Shown here piece by piece: positions 11,250 to 22,460 of a stretch of DNA of 64,000 nt. The first letter of the stretch is position 1. Each line of letters starts with the position of its first letter. Source of the stretch: Lama glama (Eukaryota); contig CM052816.1 in the NCBI GenBank assembly GCA_028534125.1, forward strand, positions 96,784,001 through 96,848,000, given 5' to 3'. The translations under genes were made by a program, and so were the position numbers. The notes beneath the pieces were generated by a model that was not told the origin of the DNA, searched no databases, and saw only the letters and a program-made list of their open reading frames with translations.

Positions 11250-13141
11250 GTTCACAATTGGAGTAATAATACACAATGCCTTGGCTGATGGTTTTGCAAT
11301 TTTTCCAAGAATAAATCTCTCTTCCATAATAGGGATTATAACTGAAATTCCAATTCTGTGAAAACATCTTTATTTATGTGAATATGAATGTTAGATGAAG
11401 GAGAGGCAGGCTGCTCCAGAACACGGACTCCACGTGGGTGTTGAGGCTCATAACCAAACCTGGGTAAGAGCTTTGTGCCTCTGATGGGAGCAGCTGCAGC
11501 TCCCACCATACTTTGAAATAAGGAGAGAACAGAGATCAAGAAGGGACCACTTAAACCAAGAGAAAGGCAAGGCCAGATGTCTGTACTGTACAGCCCTATG
11601 TGACCATGAAGACATCAGTGGCTTTATTCATTTCACTAGTGTGTGAACCAGAAGCAGCAATTATCCACAGAGGGGACACCCCCACTGGTTCTTTTGTTCC
11701 CACATAGATGCATGTAGCCATGTGAGTGGATTCCAACCCAAGTTTCACTGTGTAAAAGGCAGTAAAAAAGGGTCATAGTCCTAAAATGTAATGAAATAAT
11801 TAACCAAAATAAATAAAAGGCTTAATTAACTGGAGCAGATATAGGATAAAACTAATGTTTATGGGGGGATGCCAAGATACTATTAATTAGCAATTTTCTT
11901 CTCTCTGATGACATGGGTTATGAGAACCCCACCTCCAGAATTTCTTATTCAGTAGGTGTGGGGCTGACACCCCTGAATTAGCATTTCTAACCAGTTCTCA
12001 AGTGACGATGCTGCGGTCCCTGGTACCCCATTTGAGAACCCTTGTAATAAGGTAATGTTGTCGACATTCCCACAGCCTGACCTCAGCTAATAAAATCTCT
12101 AGCCATGAGTTCCCTGTGGACCAGTCACAGAACTATATTCCAGGAAAAAGGAACTGTATTCACAGTTTTGTCATTGATTTTTCTCTGGGTCCTGCACAAA
12201 TCACTGGTCCTGCGCAAATACACAACTTCATCTTTCAGCAAAATGCTGACCTAACTGTTTTGGGATATAAAATATTACAATCAATTTTGGATCTTCAAAA
12301 TTGTATTGAAGTGCTCAGCAATTACTGCCTTATGATATAATATTGATCACAATCCAGCTATCTTATTGACTCAACACATACTAATTATTGATGGAAATTG
12401 TCTGCCTGATTCTAATTCAATTAAATGTTGCTGCCATCACCCTCACAGTAAGGTTGCATTCATCAACTGAACTCTTCACTGTGAGACAGTTTGAATGTCC
12501 CACCCAGTGATGCTCTGGGAGTGGGTTACTATGTAGCTAAAAACGAGCCAGAAAGTGATGAGTGTGATGTGTATTGGGAACTGAATCATGTCTCTAATGC
12601 TTCACTAGATTTGTCCTATTGACTCAAAGTTCCAGATCCTAGATTGGGACATAGATAGAAGTTTTATGTATTAAAGTGCCTTTTTCCAATTACTAATGGA
12701 AAAACCCCCTTCTGAGAACATAGGTCTATTTTGTTGTGTTTATTGGCACATGTTTCTTCTGTCTGAAAGAGAGTATTGTCACTTAAGTGCTGAATTACAG
12801 TTTCAGACTGGGTGATCTGGACCACCTGATTCCATTTGTGTCCAGCAGTGGTAGCAGAAACAAGTGTCAAATAAACCATTGCTATAATGTAAGAAAGCCC
12901 AGTGACTTCTGAGAACACATCTACAACTATATGTAAAGAAATACACTCATGTCGATGAACTCTCCCATGCTCCATCACATGCAGAGTAAAACTCTCTATG
13001 CCTGTGGATGTACAAGCTGTATCCGTCCAGTGAGATACCACACTCTCTGCATGTAAGTTTTTGAGGTGACTGGCCAGTGAATTTAAGGAAACGAAGAAAG
13101 ATAAATCATTGGCAGGAATGATCACTAAGAAAAATTCTCAT
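11250..13141 (-). other. Endogenous non-retroviral viral element: decayed class III glycoprotein gene of the Monjiviricetes (chu-/nyami-/arto-/borna-like) type
   Basis: Colinear motifs across frameshifts, in order: ATG at 13141 plus a hydrophobic leader; HECISL (about 12950); CVLRSHWAF..SNGL (12919); YCEGDG (12450); C*ALQYNFEDPKLIVI (about 12320-12273); LCRTQRKI (12199); EVRLWEC (12084); PCHQ (11916); ETWVGI (11746); SPLWIIAASGSHTSEMNKA (11676); KALTQVWL* and CSGAACLSFI (11474-11394). They match my recollection of the family consensus order QC / CGxxSH / YEG / TEHPKLxI / CxxxRxI / GEVxxxxC / CYxELP / WxGL / SGIYT / W..SG-TM. No introns are needed. Confidence 0.75.
11925..12044 (-). mobile_element. 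MER5A (hAT-Charlie) fragment inserted in the viral glycoprotein
   Basis: The minus strand reads caagggttctcaaa...gcagcatcgtcacttgagaactggttagaaatgctaattc...cccacacctactgaataagaaattctggaggtgggg. Confidence 0.85.
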
Positions 13142-13230
13142 CTTTATTGGACAGAGGCTGCTTATCCAGATGGGCTCCTAATTTGGGAGTGATGGACCAG
13201 GATTCCATGTGGACCATGAGTGCAGAAGTA

Positions 13231-13724
13231 CTACCTTGTAATGAGTTGCCCCTCTCTCTTATAGTCTCCAAACCAGAACCTCCTCAGAAGATCTGTGCTT
13301 GCTTCACCAGGTCTTGGAGCAAAATCTACTCAGTCCTCCCGGAGCTTCCCGCTGCTTAGATCCTTCAGATTGATGGTGTGCACAACTGATGCTTTGAATC
13401 ATAATAATGAATGTTTTCCCCAGGAGCCATGGCTTCCTCTGGTGAACTGAGGATTTAGAGTGAACTTGAAGGAAGAAGCCCAAGTGAGCTTCTCTCACGT
13501 CCTTGTGAAATCAAGGGTCACCATAGAAGAGTATGAAGTCTACACAAAACCACTGAAGAGAATGCTGTGACCCGATTCTATACATATAACAGAATGCATC
13601 CACGAAGCACATTAGGATATCCACTTCTTCAGGACCCTGTGTTGCTTTTGCGCACCAGAAGGACACCATCTGTTAGAGGATTCCCTTGTCTGCATCCCAG
13701 CCCTTCTCGAGTCAAGGTTGGCAT
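13231..13724 (-). other. Second decayed viral-like ORF upstream of the glycoprotein (matrix-protein position)
   Basis: About 165 codons of intronless protein-like sequence (VTLDFTRT*EKLTWASSFKFTLNPQFTRGS...VDFAPRPGEASTDLLRRFWFGDYKREG) ending about 90 nt before the G start. The M assignment is positional only. Confidence 0.4.
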
Positions 13725-13752
13725 CTTGCTTTGCAGATCACAAGTTATTTAA

Positions 13753-13755
<3 letters not shown>

Positions 13756-13791
<36 letters not shown>

Positions 13792-13862
13792 GGGTATGTG
13801 TGGCTATATGAATGCAGATGTGTGTCGGCATTTGTGTGTGTGTGTGTGCTTCAGAGAGAGAG
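13756..13862 (+). repeat. (TG)n microsatellites
   Basis: About 17 TG units at 13756-13789 and a shorter run near 13833-13848. Confidence 0.95.
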
Positions 13863-14619
13863 ATGTGTGATGTTGCTTCCTCTCAGGTCATACCAGGCAA
13901 GACAAATATTTGCAGGAAAGGGCAGTTTGAAGCTATTTCCTAAAAAATTATGTTGAAAACCAGAAGAGAAAAAGGAAACATCTCTATGCAGATGTCCATA
14001 AATTTAAATTTTTCTATATTAGATTCTTGAGAGTGTCTTGGCAATGGGAACCTGTTTCCTGTTGGCTTACTTGGTTTTCTCCTTAATGTTTAAATACAGT
14101 TGTCTCAATTCATGTTGATATTTCCTTGTCTTAATCAATCCTTTCTCAAACCCTTAAACTCCAGGATTTAAAAAGTTATAATAGATCAGTTGTGATAATT
14201 AGGTAAGCACTAAGCATACATAAACACACCTATCCCCACAGGTGCAAATACACACCCACACAAATATGCAGTACCACATACACAGTAGGCGCCTATCTAT
14301 TGTTGAACGAATGACCGAACAATAAGACTAAGAGATTACAGCCGCAGTACTGATTTTTGACTGGGGACTGCCCTGTAGCCTTGCTTCACTGATAGTCACA
14401 TTTGTGCCCTTAAGTGCCCCGTCCCACACGAGCATCTCTCCAGTCCTTGCTGTCTTTGTGGGCTCTCAGCTCTGTTCTGCTTCAGCGTGGCTCCCTGTTC
14501 CCGTGGCCATCCTGGAGCCACCGTATTACCCAGAATACCTTCCCTTGGAGAAGCTAGTTTTCATCGGCACCTCTCCAGCTGCAGGGGGCAGCGTGGTTGT
14601 CAGATGATAAGTCAGATAC

Positions 14620-15722
14620 TGGGGTAGGTCCAGGTTTGTGGAGCCCTTATGGATTTTTGGAGCCCTCTTAAAAAGTACTACACAATGAAGAACTGAAAAT
14701 TTGAAATAACAAATTACAAATATTAAAATACTAATAAATACCAAAGATGCTGTAAGATCTACAACAATATCAATAACATAAAGTTTTATTTATAATCACT
14801 CAGCCTACCTTCACAATATTTTTCCTGTCATCTTTGGCTGCATACTCTTTAATCATCTCTTCATGTGACAATTTTATAACATTTTCTCTGGCAACTTTGG
14901 AAAAATAATTCAGTATTTTCTCTAGCATGGATGATCAAAATTTAGCATCATATTATTGATAGTTTAAAATTTTATTTTATCTTCACATCTCACTGGTAAT
15001 GTCAGGTCAATTTTGTGGTTTTGTCAAATTTAGGAAAACCTCTACCACGCTTTTTTCAAATAGGAGTTGTTAAAGACATACCAGCTGTTTGTATAAAACT
15101 ATATACTTTGTGCTATAGAAAAATATAGAGGTTTTGATCAATTCTAGTTTGTACAATTTCCATTATAAGGGGAAAATATTTATGGTGTATTTACGATTCT
15201 GTATGTTGTGTTATTAGAATTTATTCCTGAGAAGAAATTCCCCTTTGAATAGGCATAAGTAAGACCCAAATCCTCTGCTTAAAATATTTTACATGTGATG
15301 GTAAGACTGTCCCTCAGACTGGCTTCTGGTCTGTATAACTCAGGCCTTCCTTCCTTGTCAGCACTCACATACTTCTGAATCTTGGCGCTGTTGGGCCAAT
15401 TCTTATCATCATATGGCCTCTGGCCCTACACTGCCATGTCTTGGCTCCAGGGGAACTCTTTCTACACAGCCATGGGTAGCGGTAACTTAACTATGCACAG
15501 ACGTGACAAAGAATCACACAAATATGACAGATAGGCTGGTGGAGAAGTGTGATAGAGAGGAAGACAAGTGGAAGGTGTCTGCTGTTTTAACCAATCGGAG
15601 TCATAATATCTTCAGCTACAAATTTTACTTAAACATATGTTACTGCATGAACGCACTGCGTGGATGTGGCTGTGCACGTGTGGGAGCCTTAAGCCAAAGC
15701 TTCATGATAAGCTGAGCTCCGT
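14620..15722. mobile_element. hAT-type DNA transposon fossil with MER53-like termini
   Basis: Ends ggtccaggtttgtggagccc...ggagccctcttaa and gggagccttaagccaaagcttcatgataagctgagctcc, with an AT-rich interior. Confidence 0.5.
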
Positions 15723-16025
15723 CAGGCTTCGTGAAGACTGGAGTTGGGGGCAGTCGTTTGCACTTCATCCATTTGCCTCTGCTTATCTGAAGCCCTTCCT
15801 CCCCATCACTTTTCCTCCATCATCTTTTGCCCTAAGACAACATTGTGTAACCTTTCAGCTCAGGCACCCATCACTGACTAACTGCAAGCTGTGACTCAGC
15901 CAGCCTTGGGAAGGGCATAAATGAGCAAGGTCCAGCTGATAGTCAGTGGGCTGGCCTGTGACTGGGGAGGGTAGGGTCCTGTCACCTGCGGCCATTCTGC
16001 AGGAACTGTGTGCCTTCTCTAAGTC

Positions 16026-16072
16026 TGTGTGTGTTTGTGTGTGTGTGTGCGCGCGTGTGTGTGTGTGTGTGT
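16026..16072 (+). repeat. (TG)n/(CG)n microsatellite
   Basis: Seen directly. Confidence 0.9.
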
Positions 16073-16099
16073 AATGGTACACATAACTAATGATATACA

Positions 16100-16298
16100 T
16101 AACTTCCCTCTCCTATTCCTTCACTCCCACAGAAGTGGACATTTTTTAATCTGATATTTTATTGATGTCCTGGGCCAGAGAGTCACACATAATTTGTTTT
16201 AAACGTGGCTTCAGGGTGAGCTTAATCAAGACTTTCTTTAACTTGATATATTTGGAGACATAGACCTTGTAGGATTTTTGATGTTTTGATTTACTGCA
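16100..16298 (-). pseudogene. Pseudo-exon (CSKSKHQKSYKVYVSKYIKLKKVLIKLTLKPRLKQIMCDSLAQDINKISD*)
   Basis: ctctgttttcag| acceptor at 16299-16300 and about 50 open codons; 3' limit approximate. Confidence 0.6.
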
Positions 16299-16439
16299 CT
16301 GAAAACAGAGCGCGTGGCAGCGTGTGGGGCATGGTGTGGCGCAGGGGCAGTGAGAGATCTGTGCCCCTTTCATCGGTGTGGACACAAGACTGGAGTCAAA
16401 GTTAGGCTGGCATTTCAGAATTTGTTTTCTATTTTAACC

Positions 16440-17306
16440 CTCATAAACTTCCCTGCTTCCCTTCACAGAGGTATGCTTTGTATGACATGACTTCCTCTTC
16501 TAGTTGACCGGTTCCTTTTTATTATTCCCAAGTATAATTTATCAGCTAACTTTTTCATTCTAGTTTGTTTTTATAGCACTGATACTCAGTGTTTAGAACA
16601 ACTAATCTTAAACGCTTATGCCTTCTGAGAAAACAATATAAAATATTATAAAGATAGAACTTGACGTCCCACCTACACATCATCAGAGCTCGCTAAGGGC
16701 AGTTTCATTTGGGGGAAGGTATCTCCTAAAGATACATAAGGGCTCATATTTCAATAGTTTCCATCTTTTTACTATCTCTTTACAGAAACTGGAGACATTT
16801 ATTTCTCTCCAGGGTTCTTGCATCATGTTCTCTCCAGGGTTATTGCAAATTCTTACAGTATCATTAAAGCAACTTTCAACCTTCTGTTTTTTATGTAATT
16901 ACTTATTTCAGAGATTTTAGCATTCTTAGAACTAAATTTTTTCCACCATTTTCTCAACCTTTTATTAATCCATATAAAGAATTTAAAGCTACTGACTTGT
17001 CGTATTGCTTTTTGATCCAGAGTTGTCTTAGGGTTTTCCTAACAAATAGTTGACAAGGATGATACATTTTGTACCCATAAAGGGAGGAAACAAAGGACAA
17101 GAATCATTCTTCATAAGAGAAAATGGAATATAATCATTGGGATGGCACCACAGGAAGTCCAAGTATATTTACCATGCTTATTTCAATTAATCCAAGTACA
17201 AGTATTGTTGAGAGAAGAATTTTTCACACTATCTCATAGATCTTGAAATGAAATATGAGAATTTCAATGGCTTTTTTCCACAGAATCCTGTATTTGTCTC
17301 GTCTTG
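16440..17306 (-). pseudogene. Pseudo-exons 17173-17306 (RRDKYRILWKKAIEILIFHFKIYEIV) and about 16440-17038 (includes MQEPWREINVSSFCKEIVKRWKLLKYEPLCIFRRYLPPNETALSEL)
   Basis: |gtaaat donor at 17171-17172, ttgttag| acceptor at 17039-17040, protein-like frames with frameshifts. Confidence 0.6.
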
Positions 17307-17339
17307 CTTTTGTAGGATACTGGCTCATTTACTCATTTA

Positions 17340-17720
17340 TATTAATTTGGGGTGATACATTCACATACATACATATGTACACACACACAGTGAAAACTTC
17401 CTTTTCATAGTTCATAGTATTCCATCTCATGTTAAGTTTACTTAACTAGTTCTTCATTGACGAACACTTAGGATGTTTCAAATATTTTTCTGTGACAAAC
17501 AATGCCGTAGAGGTAACTGTCATTTCTCAGGTATTTAAGAATCTCAGCAAAATGTTCTCAGAACTGAAATTATGCAATCAAAAGCTATATGCATTCATAA
17601 ATTTGATGTGTATTTCCAATTACCCTCCAAAGAAACTGAATATAATTTTCAGAAATATATATTTATATAGAGAGAGCTACATCACACATCTCCATCAGCA
17701 GCCTCAGACTGATTGGGCTT
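17340..17720 (-). mobile_element. Old L1 3' fragment
   Basis: catagtattccat...ttgacgaacacttaggatgtttcaaatattttt...tgacaaacaatgc. Confidence 0.6.
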
Positions 17721-17984
17721 TTTAAGGCGTTTTTGATCTTCGATGTTAAGAGTCTCCACCATTCCTCACTTCCTGGGCCCACCCGCAGACTCTGTGGTCT
17801 CCAGAGAAAAGTCCGTGAGAGGAGAAGAGAGTGAGGTCCCACGTGCAGAAATAGAGTCATGAAGTTTGAAATGTTTTTCATCGCATAGCCGTGCTTCTGA
17901 CTACATTTAACTTGATATGTTGCGTTTGGTCTACACATGACGAGTTGCATGCACTAAAATAATACTGAATATATTCCCACGGGA

Positions 17985-18280
17985 TTTATATTTTAATTAA
18001 ACTTTTAATTTTGAAACAGTTTTCGATTTACAGAAAAATGTCAACTTTACAAAAATTGCACAGATGTTACAGACAGCTCCCATGTATCCTCCATCAATTT
18101 CCCCTATTATTAACATTTTGCAGCAATATGTACATTTGTTGAAATTTAAATTTGTTAAAATTGTATGAATCAAATTACTACATTATTATTAACTAAAGGC
18201 CATACATTTTAAAGATTTTCTTAGTTTTTACCTTTTGTTCTTTTTCTGTTCCAGGGTCTCCATCCAAGATATCATATCCC
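17985..18280 (-). mobile_element. L1MC/MD-type 3' end
   Basis: ttttaattttgaaacagttttcgatttacagaaaa...tttcccctattattaacattttg...ttctgttccagg. Confidence 0.7.
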
Positions 18281-18379
18281 TCTCCACCCTGCTCCTTCTC
18301 TAGTACTATGTCTGTCAACTTTTGGTTCTTAACTCTGAAATCTTATTGTTCACTGAGAACCCGCTTCTCGGATGGAAGG

Positions 18380-18717
18380 TGCTATGGTCTGAGTGCTTGT
18401 GTCCCCCTAAAATTCAAATGTTGATAATCTAATGCTCAAGATGATAGCATTAGGAGGTAGGGGATTTCAGGAAGTGATTAGGTCACGAAGGTGGAGCTCT
18501 TTTGAATGGGATTAGCATCCTTAATAGAGGTCCCAGAGAGCTAGCTAGCTCCTCTACCATATAAGACACCATAAGAAATGGGGCCCTCACAAAACCATCC
18601 TGGTGCCCTGATCTTAGACCTCCATCCGGCACACGGAACTATGAGAAATACAATTATGTTGTTATCAAGCTACCCAGTCTGGGGTATTTTGATAGGCCGT
18701 CTAAACACACTAAGACA
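18380..18717 (+). mobile_element. MLT1A-type MaLR solo LTR
   Basis: Starts tgctatggtctgagtgcttgtgtcccc and ends aagctacccagtctggggtattttg...actaagaca. Confidence 0.85.
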
Positions 18718-18719
18718 GA

Positions 18720-20200
18720 GGATTACTTTTCCCTCAAACCCACTATACCTAAGGGTCAGGATAAAGGATTAAATTCCTCCTTGCTTCCCTGTGCTGTCTC
18801 CTGATCATCACTTCACCTCCAACCCTCAAAAACCCTTCTCCCACTAGACTAGCACTATTATAATCTACCGTAGCTCCTCTTCAGTGTTGCCATGTCCTCC
18901 TGGTCACTTCCTTCTTTCATTGAAAATCTGAACCCCTGAATCACTGATTTCTTCCACATTTCTTCATCTACATTCTACCTACATTCCTGCAAATTACTGG
19001 GTTCCAATATCCACACAGGTGTACCACCCATAATCATTGTGTAGGCACCGTCTGCATCTTGACCTTGAAGCTCTACGCCTCCTCAACTTCAGTGACCTTC
19101 CCTTCAGTGCGCCTTCTCCCAGGGTCCTACCTTAGAAAACATACACCTCTCAGATATCAAATTCTGACATTTCATTTGCCAGCCACAAGCTTCTACCTAC
19201 CAAGACATTTGAACAAAGAGTCTGATATTTAATGGTCAAAGATTCTGATGCTTAATGTAATTTTTAGCTCATTGATTTCTTTTCATTTCCTCACACTCCT
19301 TTTGATCTTCCTTTCCTTTATTGCACAAGTTAAAGTCATCACTAAAATCCCTCATTTTCAATCCATTTCCTTCCTTCTTTTTTTCTTGCTTGGCACTTGG
19401 ATGACAACCCTCCAGGCTGAATGAAATTTCCCGCCCGCTTTCTCCAGCCTTCACTGAACCAGCTGGACATGGCTGGGGAATGAGCACGTCCTGTCAGCGA
19501 GGCATCCGTGTGATGGCTTTGTCTCAAGTGTCACGTGGGCAAGATTACCTTGTAAATCTACCTGCATCCATTCTCCTTGGTTTTCTCTTCTCCCAGATGG
19601 CAATCTCATAAATTTTCCTTCCTCAGACACTTAGTGGAGAACCTTGCCTCATAATTCATAGAATGACTAGAAGGCACTAGATAGGAAACCTCTTACTGCT
19701 CCCTCCCAACCCACAAATCTGCTCACGTCTGCACTCCTCTTCTCCTTTCCTCCTATCATCACTGATTAAATGCTGCTTCTTTATCAGCACCCAGTCCCTC
19801 TGAACGAGCTATAGGTCTCATCTCCTCTTGACATCACGATACTCCCTCTGCAAGCCTCTCACTCCTTTAACATGAATCTCCACATTTTCCTGCATTTTGC
19901 CTGACAGCATGTAAACCAGATCACCAACATTCTCCTTGATGCTGTACAACGATCGTTGTTGGTTTTGATCTCACTGTGATTCTTGCAAAAAAAACCTTTT
20001 CTTTTGGCTTTTGTGACCTCAACTCCTCTTGGTTCTTTTTTGGCTGCCCTGCCCTCCAGGCTCCTCTTCGTCCACTCCGCCCACAGTGGTGAAGTTGAAG
20101 GGCCAAGTTCTGGGCTGTCTACTCTTCTCCCTTGAAATTCTATTCCTAGATGACAACCTCCATTTATGAGGGTCTAAGTCTTGTCTATATGACTCTGACT
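18720..20200. mobile_element. L2 LINE relic (discontinuous)
   Basis: Pyrimidine-rich L2-like blocks such as ccttttcttttggcttttgtgacc...ctcctcttggttctt and ctatatgactctgactct. Confidence 0.6.
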
Positions 20201-20764
20201 CTCTTTTACTCTCACTGAAGTTTCTCCCAATAAATATTTTGCATGTCTACTCCCATCTTGAAGACTGCTTCTTAGAGCTGTGAGGGGCTGTTTATTTGTT
20301 CTCAACAAAGATAATGCTACTCAAACCTCAAGAAAATACCACTGGGATCTCAGCAAAAGGATGGATGTTAAGGAGGGGACCCTTCCACATGGTGGAGATC
20401 CGGCGGGCAGGGCAGGCTGCTGTTCCTGACTGAAGTGACGGGGGCAAAGTGAGTCCCATTACATTCACATGCTCTTGCATGCAGCGACCTCAACAGACAC
20501 CGATGAGCCACCCAGAGTCTAGTGAGCAGGTATAATCGAGGCAAGAGTGCAGTTAGAGGGAAGATATAATTTTTCCATTTACTTGGTTTTAAGGCATTGA
20601 TGGGAAGAACACATGTGCCTTTAAAAATGCAAGGCAGCTGGATTCTGGGTGCAACAGAGAGCACAGGTAGTTAGTGAGGCTCTAGGTTTAAAATGTTGAT
20701 GCCAAACTTGGCTAGCCAGTGACAGGGGAAATGGAAACAAATATTCGTAATGGAAAAGAAATAC

Positions 20765-20970
20765 ATCAGATAAGACCGAGCAGTTCGGGCTGCCACCATA
20801 GCAAATTCCTGCACTTTCCCAAAGGCAGCAAAATCCCTGGATAGCAGACTGAGTGGAATAAGAAATGAGAATCTAATTCCTTTGAATGTGTAACTTGCAA
20901 GGGAGAAATGCTTGAAACTTACTCTAAAGAAATTAACTTTCAAGAGGATTTAATTCTTGAACTCTAATGT
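20765..20970 (-). pseudogene. Two pseudo-exons (20923-20970 and about 20765-20848; KLISLDLLSRDFAAFGKVQEFAMVAARTARSYL) separated by a 74-nt intron
   Basis: ttttcacag| acceptor, AGA|gtaagt donor, then attccactcag| acceptor. Confidence 0.6.
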
Positions 20971-22460
20971 CTGTGAAAATGGTAATACTGGGAGGGGCTT
21001 AACATTCAAAGTTGCAACTGGAATTTACCATGAAAATGTCTTTATACATTTTGTTATCGTAGTTTCTTAATGTTGTACTTGGATCTCTTTGCCAAATCAC
21101 TGATGGGCTATTTTGAACAACATGACGTTAGAACGGGAAGTAGAATAAGAAGTGATGTTTGTCTTGGATCAGAATAGCTGTTCAGTTGTTCTAATTATTA
21201 TATTCCTCCTTCCCATTTCAGGGCCCCTTGAGGGACAGGTCCGTGCTGTCCCCCAGCGTTTCCGGTAGACTACCTAGAGGAGTTCCCTTAAGAAGCAGGG
21301 TTGACATCAGGGAGATGGGCTCACGAAGGAGGGAGTAGGACGTGCTGCTGCGCTGTTCCTCCCCTCGCCCAGGAAAGAGAGCCACACCTGAGTCCCGGCG
21401 GGCGCTTGTATTACCGTCCATAAGCTGAGAGAAGAGGAGGCTGGAGAACACTGTGGGGGCAGGTAGACACGGGAGGGGTGAACATTCAACACCCACCCTT
21501 TGTGTTTGCTCTCATGTGAAGGTAGATTTTGGAGTGCGACTCCTCGTTTGTCTCCATCGCCTTCATCGCTTGCTCTCCATGGGCGAGTAGAAGTGACCTT
21601 TCGGATAAGTGAGAGCAAAACCCGGTCAGATCCGCCGTCTTGCCTTTCTCTGGGGCCCGTCTGCCTGCACGGAACACCTCTTCTCTTCTGCCGCCCCTTA
21701 CTCCCAGCCCCTCTCCCCCGGGAGAGGCCCGGGGCCCCTCAGCTCTGGCCGCGCCCCGGCGGGAGTCCTGCCTGAGCCGGGGGTCCACGCTTGGCCGGCA
21801 CGTTGGGCCCCCACATCTAGGGCACCTTTGTCAGTGGCCCAGCCCGGGCTTCCTGTGGGGAGCTGCCCCAGGAAAGTGAGAGTCCACAACTTTCTTACCC
21901 CTTGTGGTAAAGGGCACCCCCGCCTTGCCCTCTCTGGTGGGAAGGGCTGCAGCATTGGGGGGTATAATCACAGAGCGCCAACAGTTTGCTCAACAGACAG
22001 TCGTACTCTCTAGCTCCGTGTCCCACCCATCGTGCAGGATAATTAATCTAAAATGAGCCCCGCGTGTGTCTGGGCTTTGAGAGCTGGTACAATCCTGGGA
22101 TACTGAGTGAGTCATTCTAGGGGGCCCTGTGGCTTCACGTAAGAGGGAACTGTAACTAATGTCATTATGTAGAAAAACATGACAGTTCAAATACGGCAAT
22201 GCTTTCTTATTACATTTTATTTAAATAACAGGCTTGCAAGAGCTCAGATGGCACCTGCCAGGAGGAGTGAAAGGGATTTCCGGTGGCGGTTCAAAACAAG
22301 ACTTCCTGTTTTATGTTATTTAATTTCCTTAATGTACGAAAAAGGATCAAATCCCATTTTGGGAGAGTTGCTGTGGAATTTGGTAATAGAGGGGTTTTGT
22401 TTCACTGAATTGCTGGAAGCTATTTTGAGATAATTTTTCGGTAGCATTGTCAGAAGTCAC

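Noticed and set aside
12664..13125. 153-aa ORF as an intact, domesticated viral gene
   Set aside because: Key motifs (CVLRSHW) lie in another frame, and the rest of G has many stops, frameshifts and a MER5A insertion.
11250..13141. Retroviral env or ERV internal sequence as the origin of the glycoprotein-like region
   Set aside because: No flanking LTRs, no gag/pol remnants, and no recognisable furin/immunosuppressive-domain/CX6CC signature.
21221..21462. Plus-strand exon-like segment (tttcag...CAG/gtagac)
   Set aside because: No coding signal or partner exons found; cannot be supported without transcript data.
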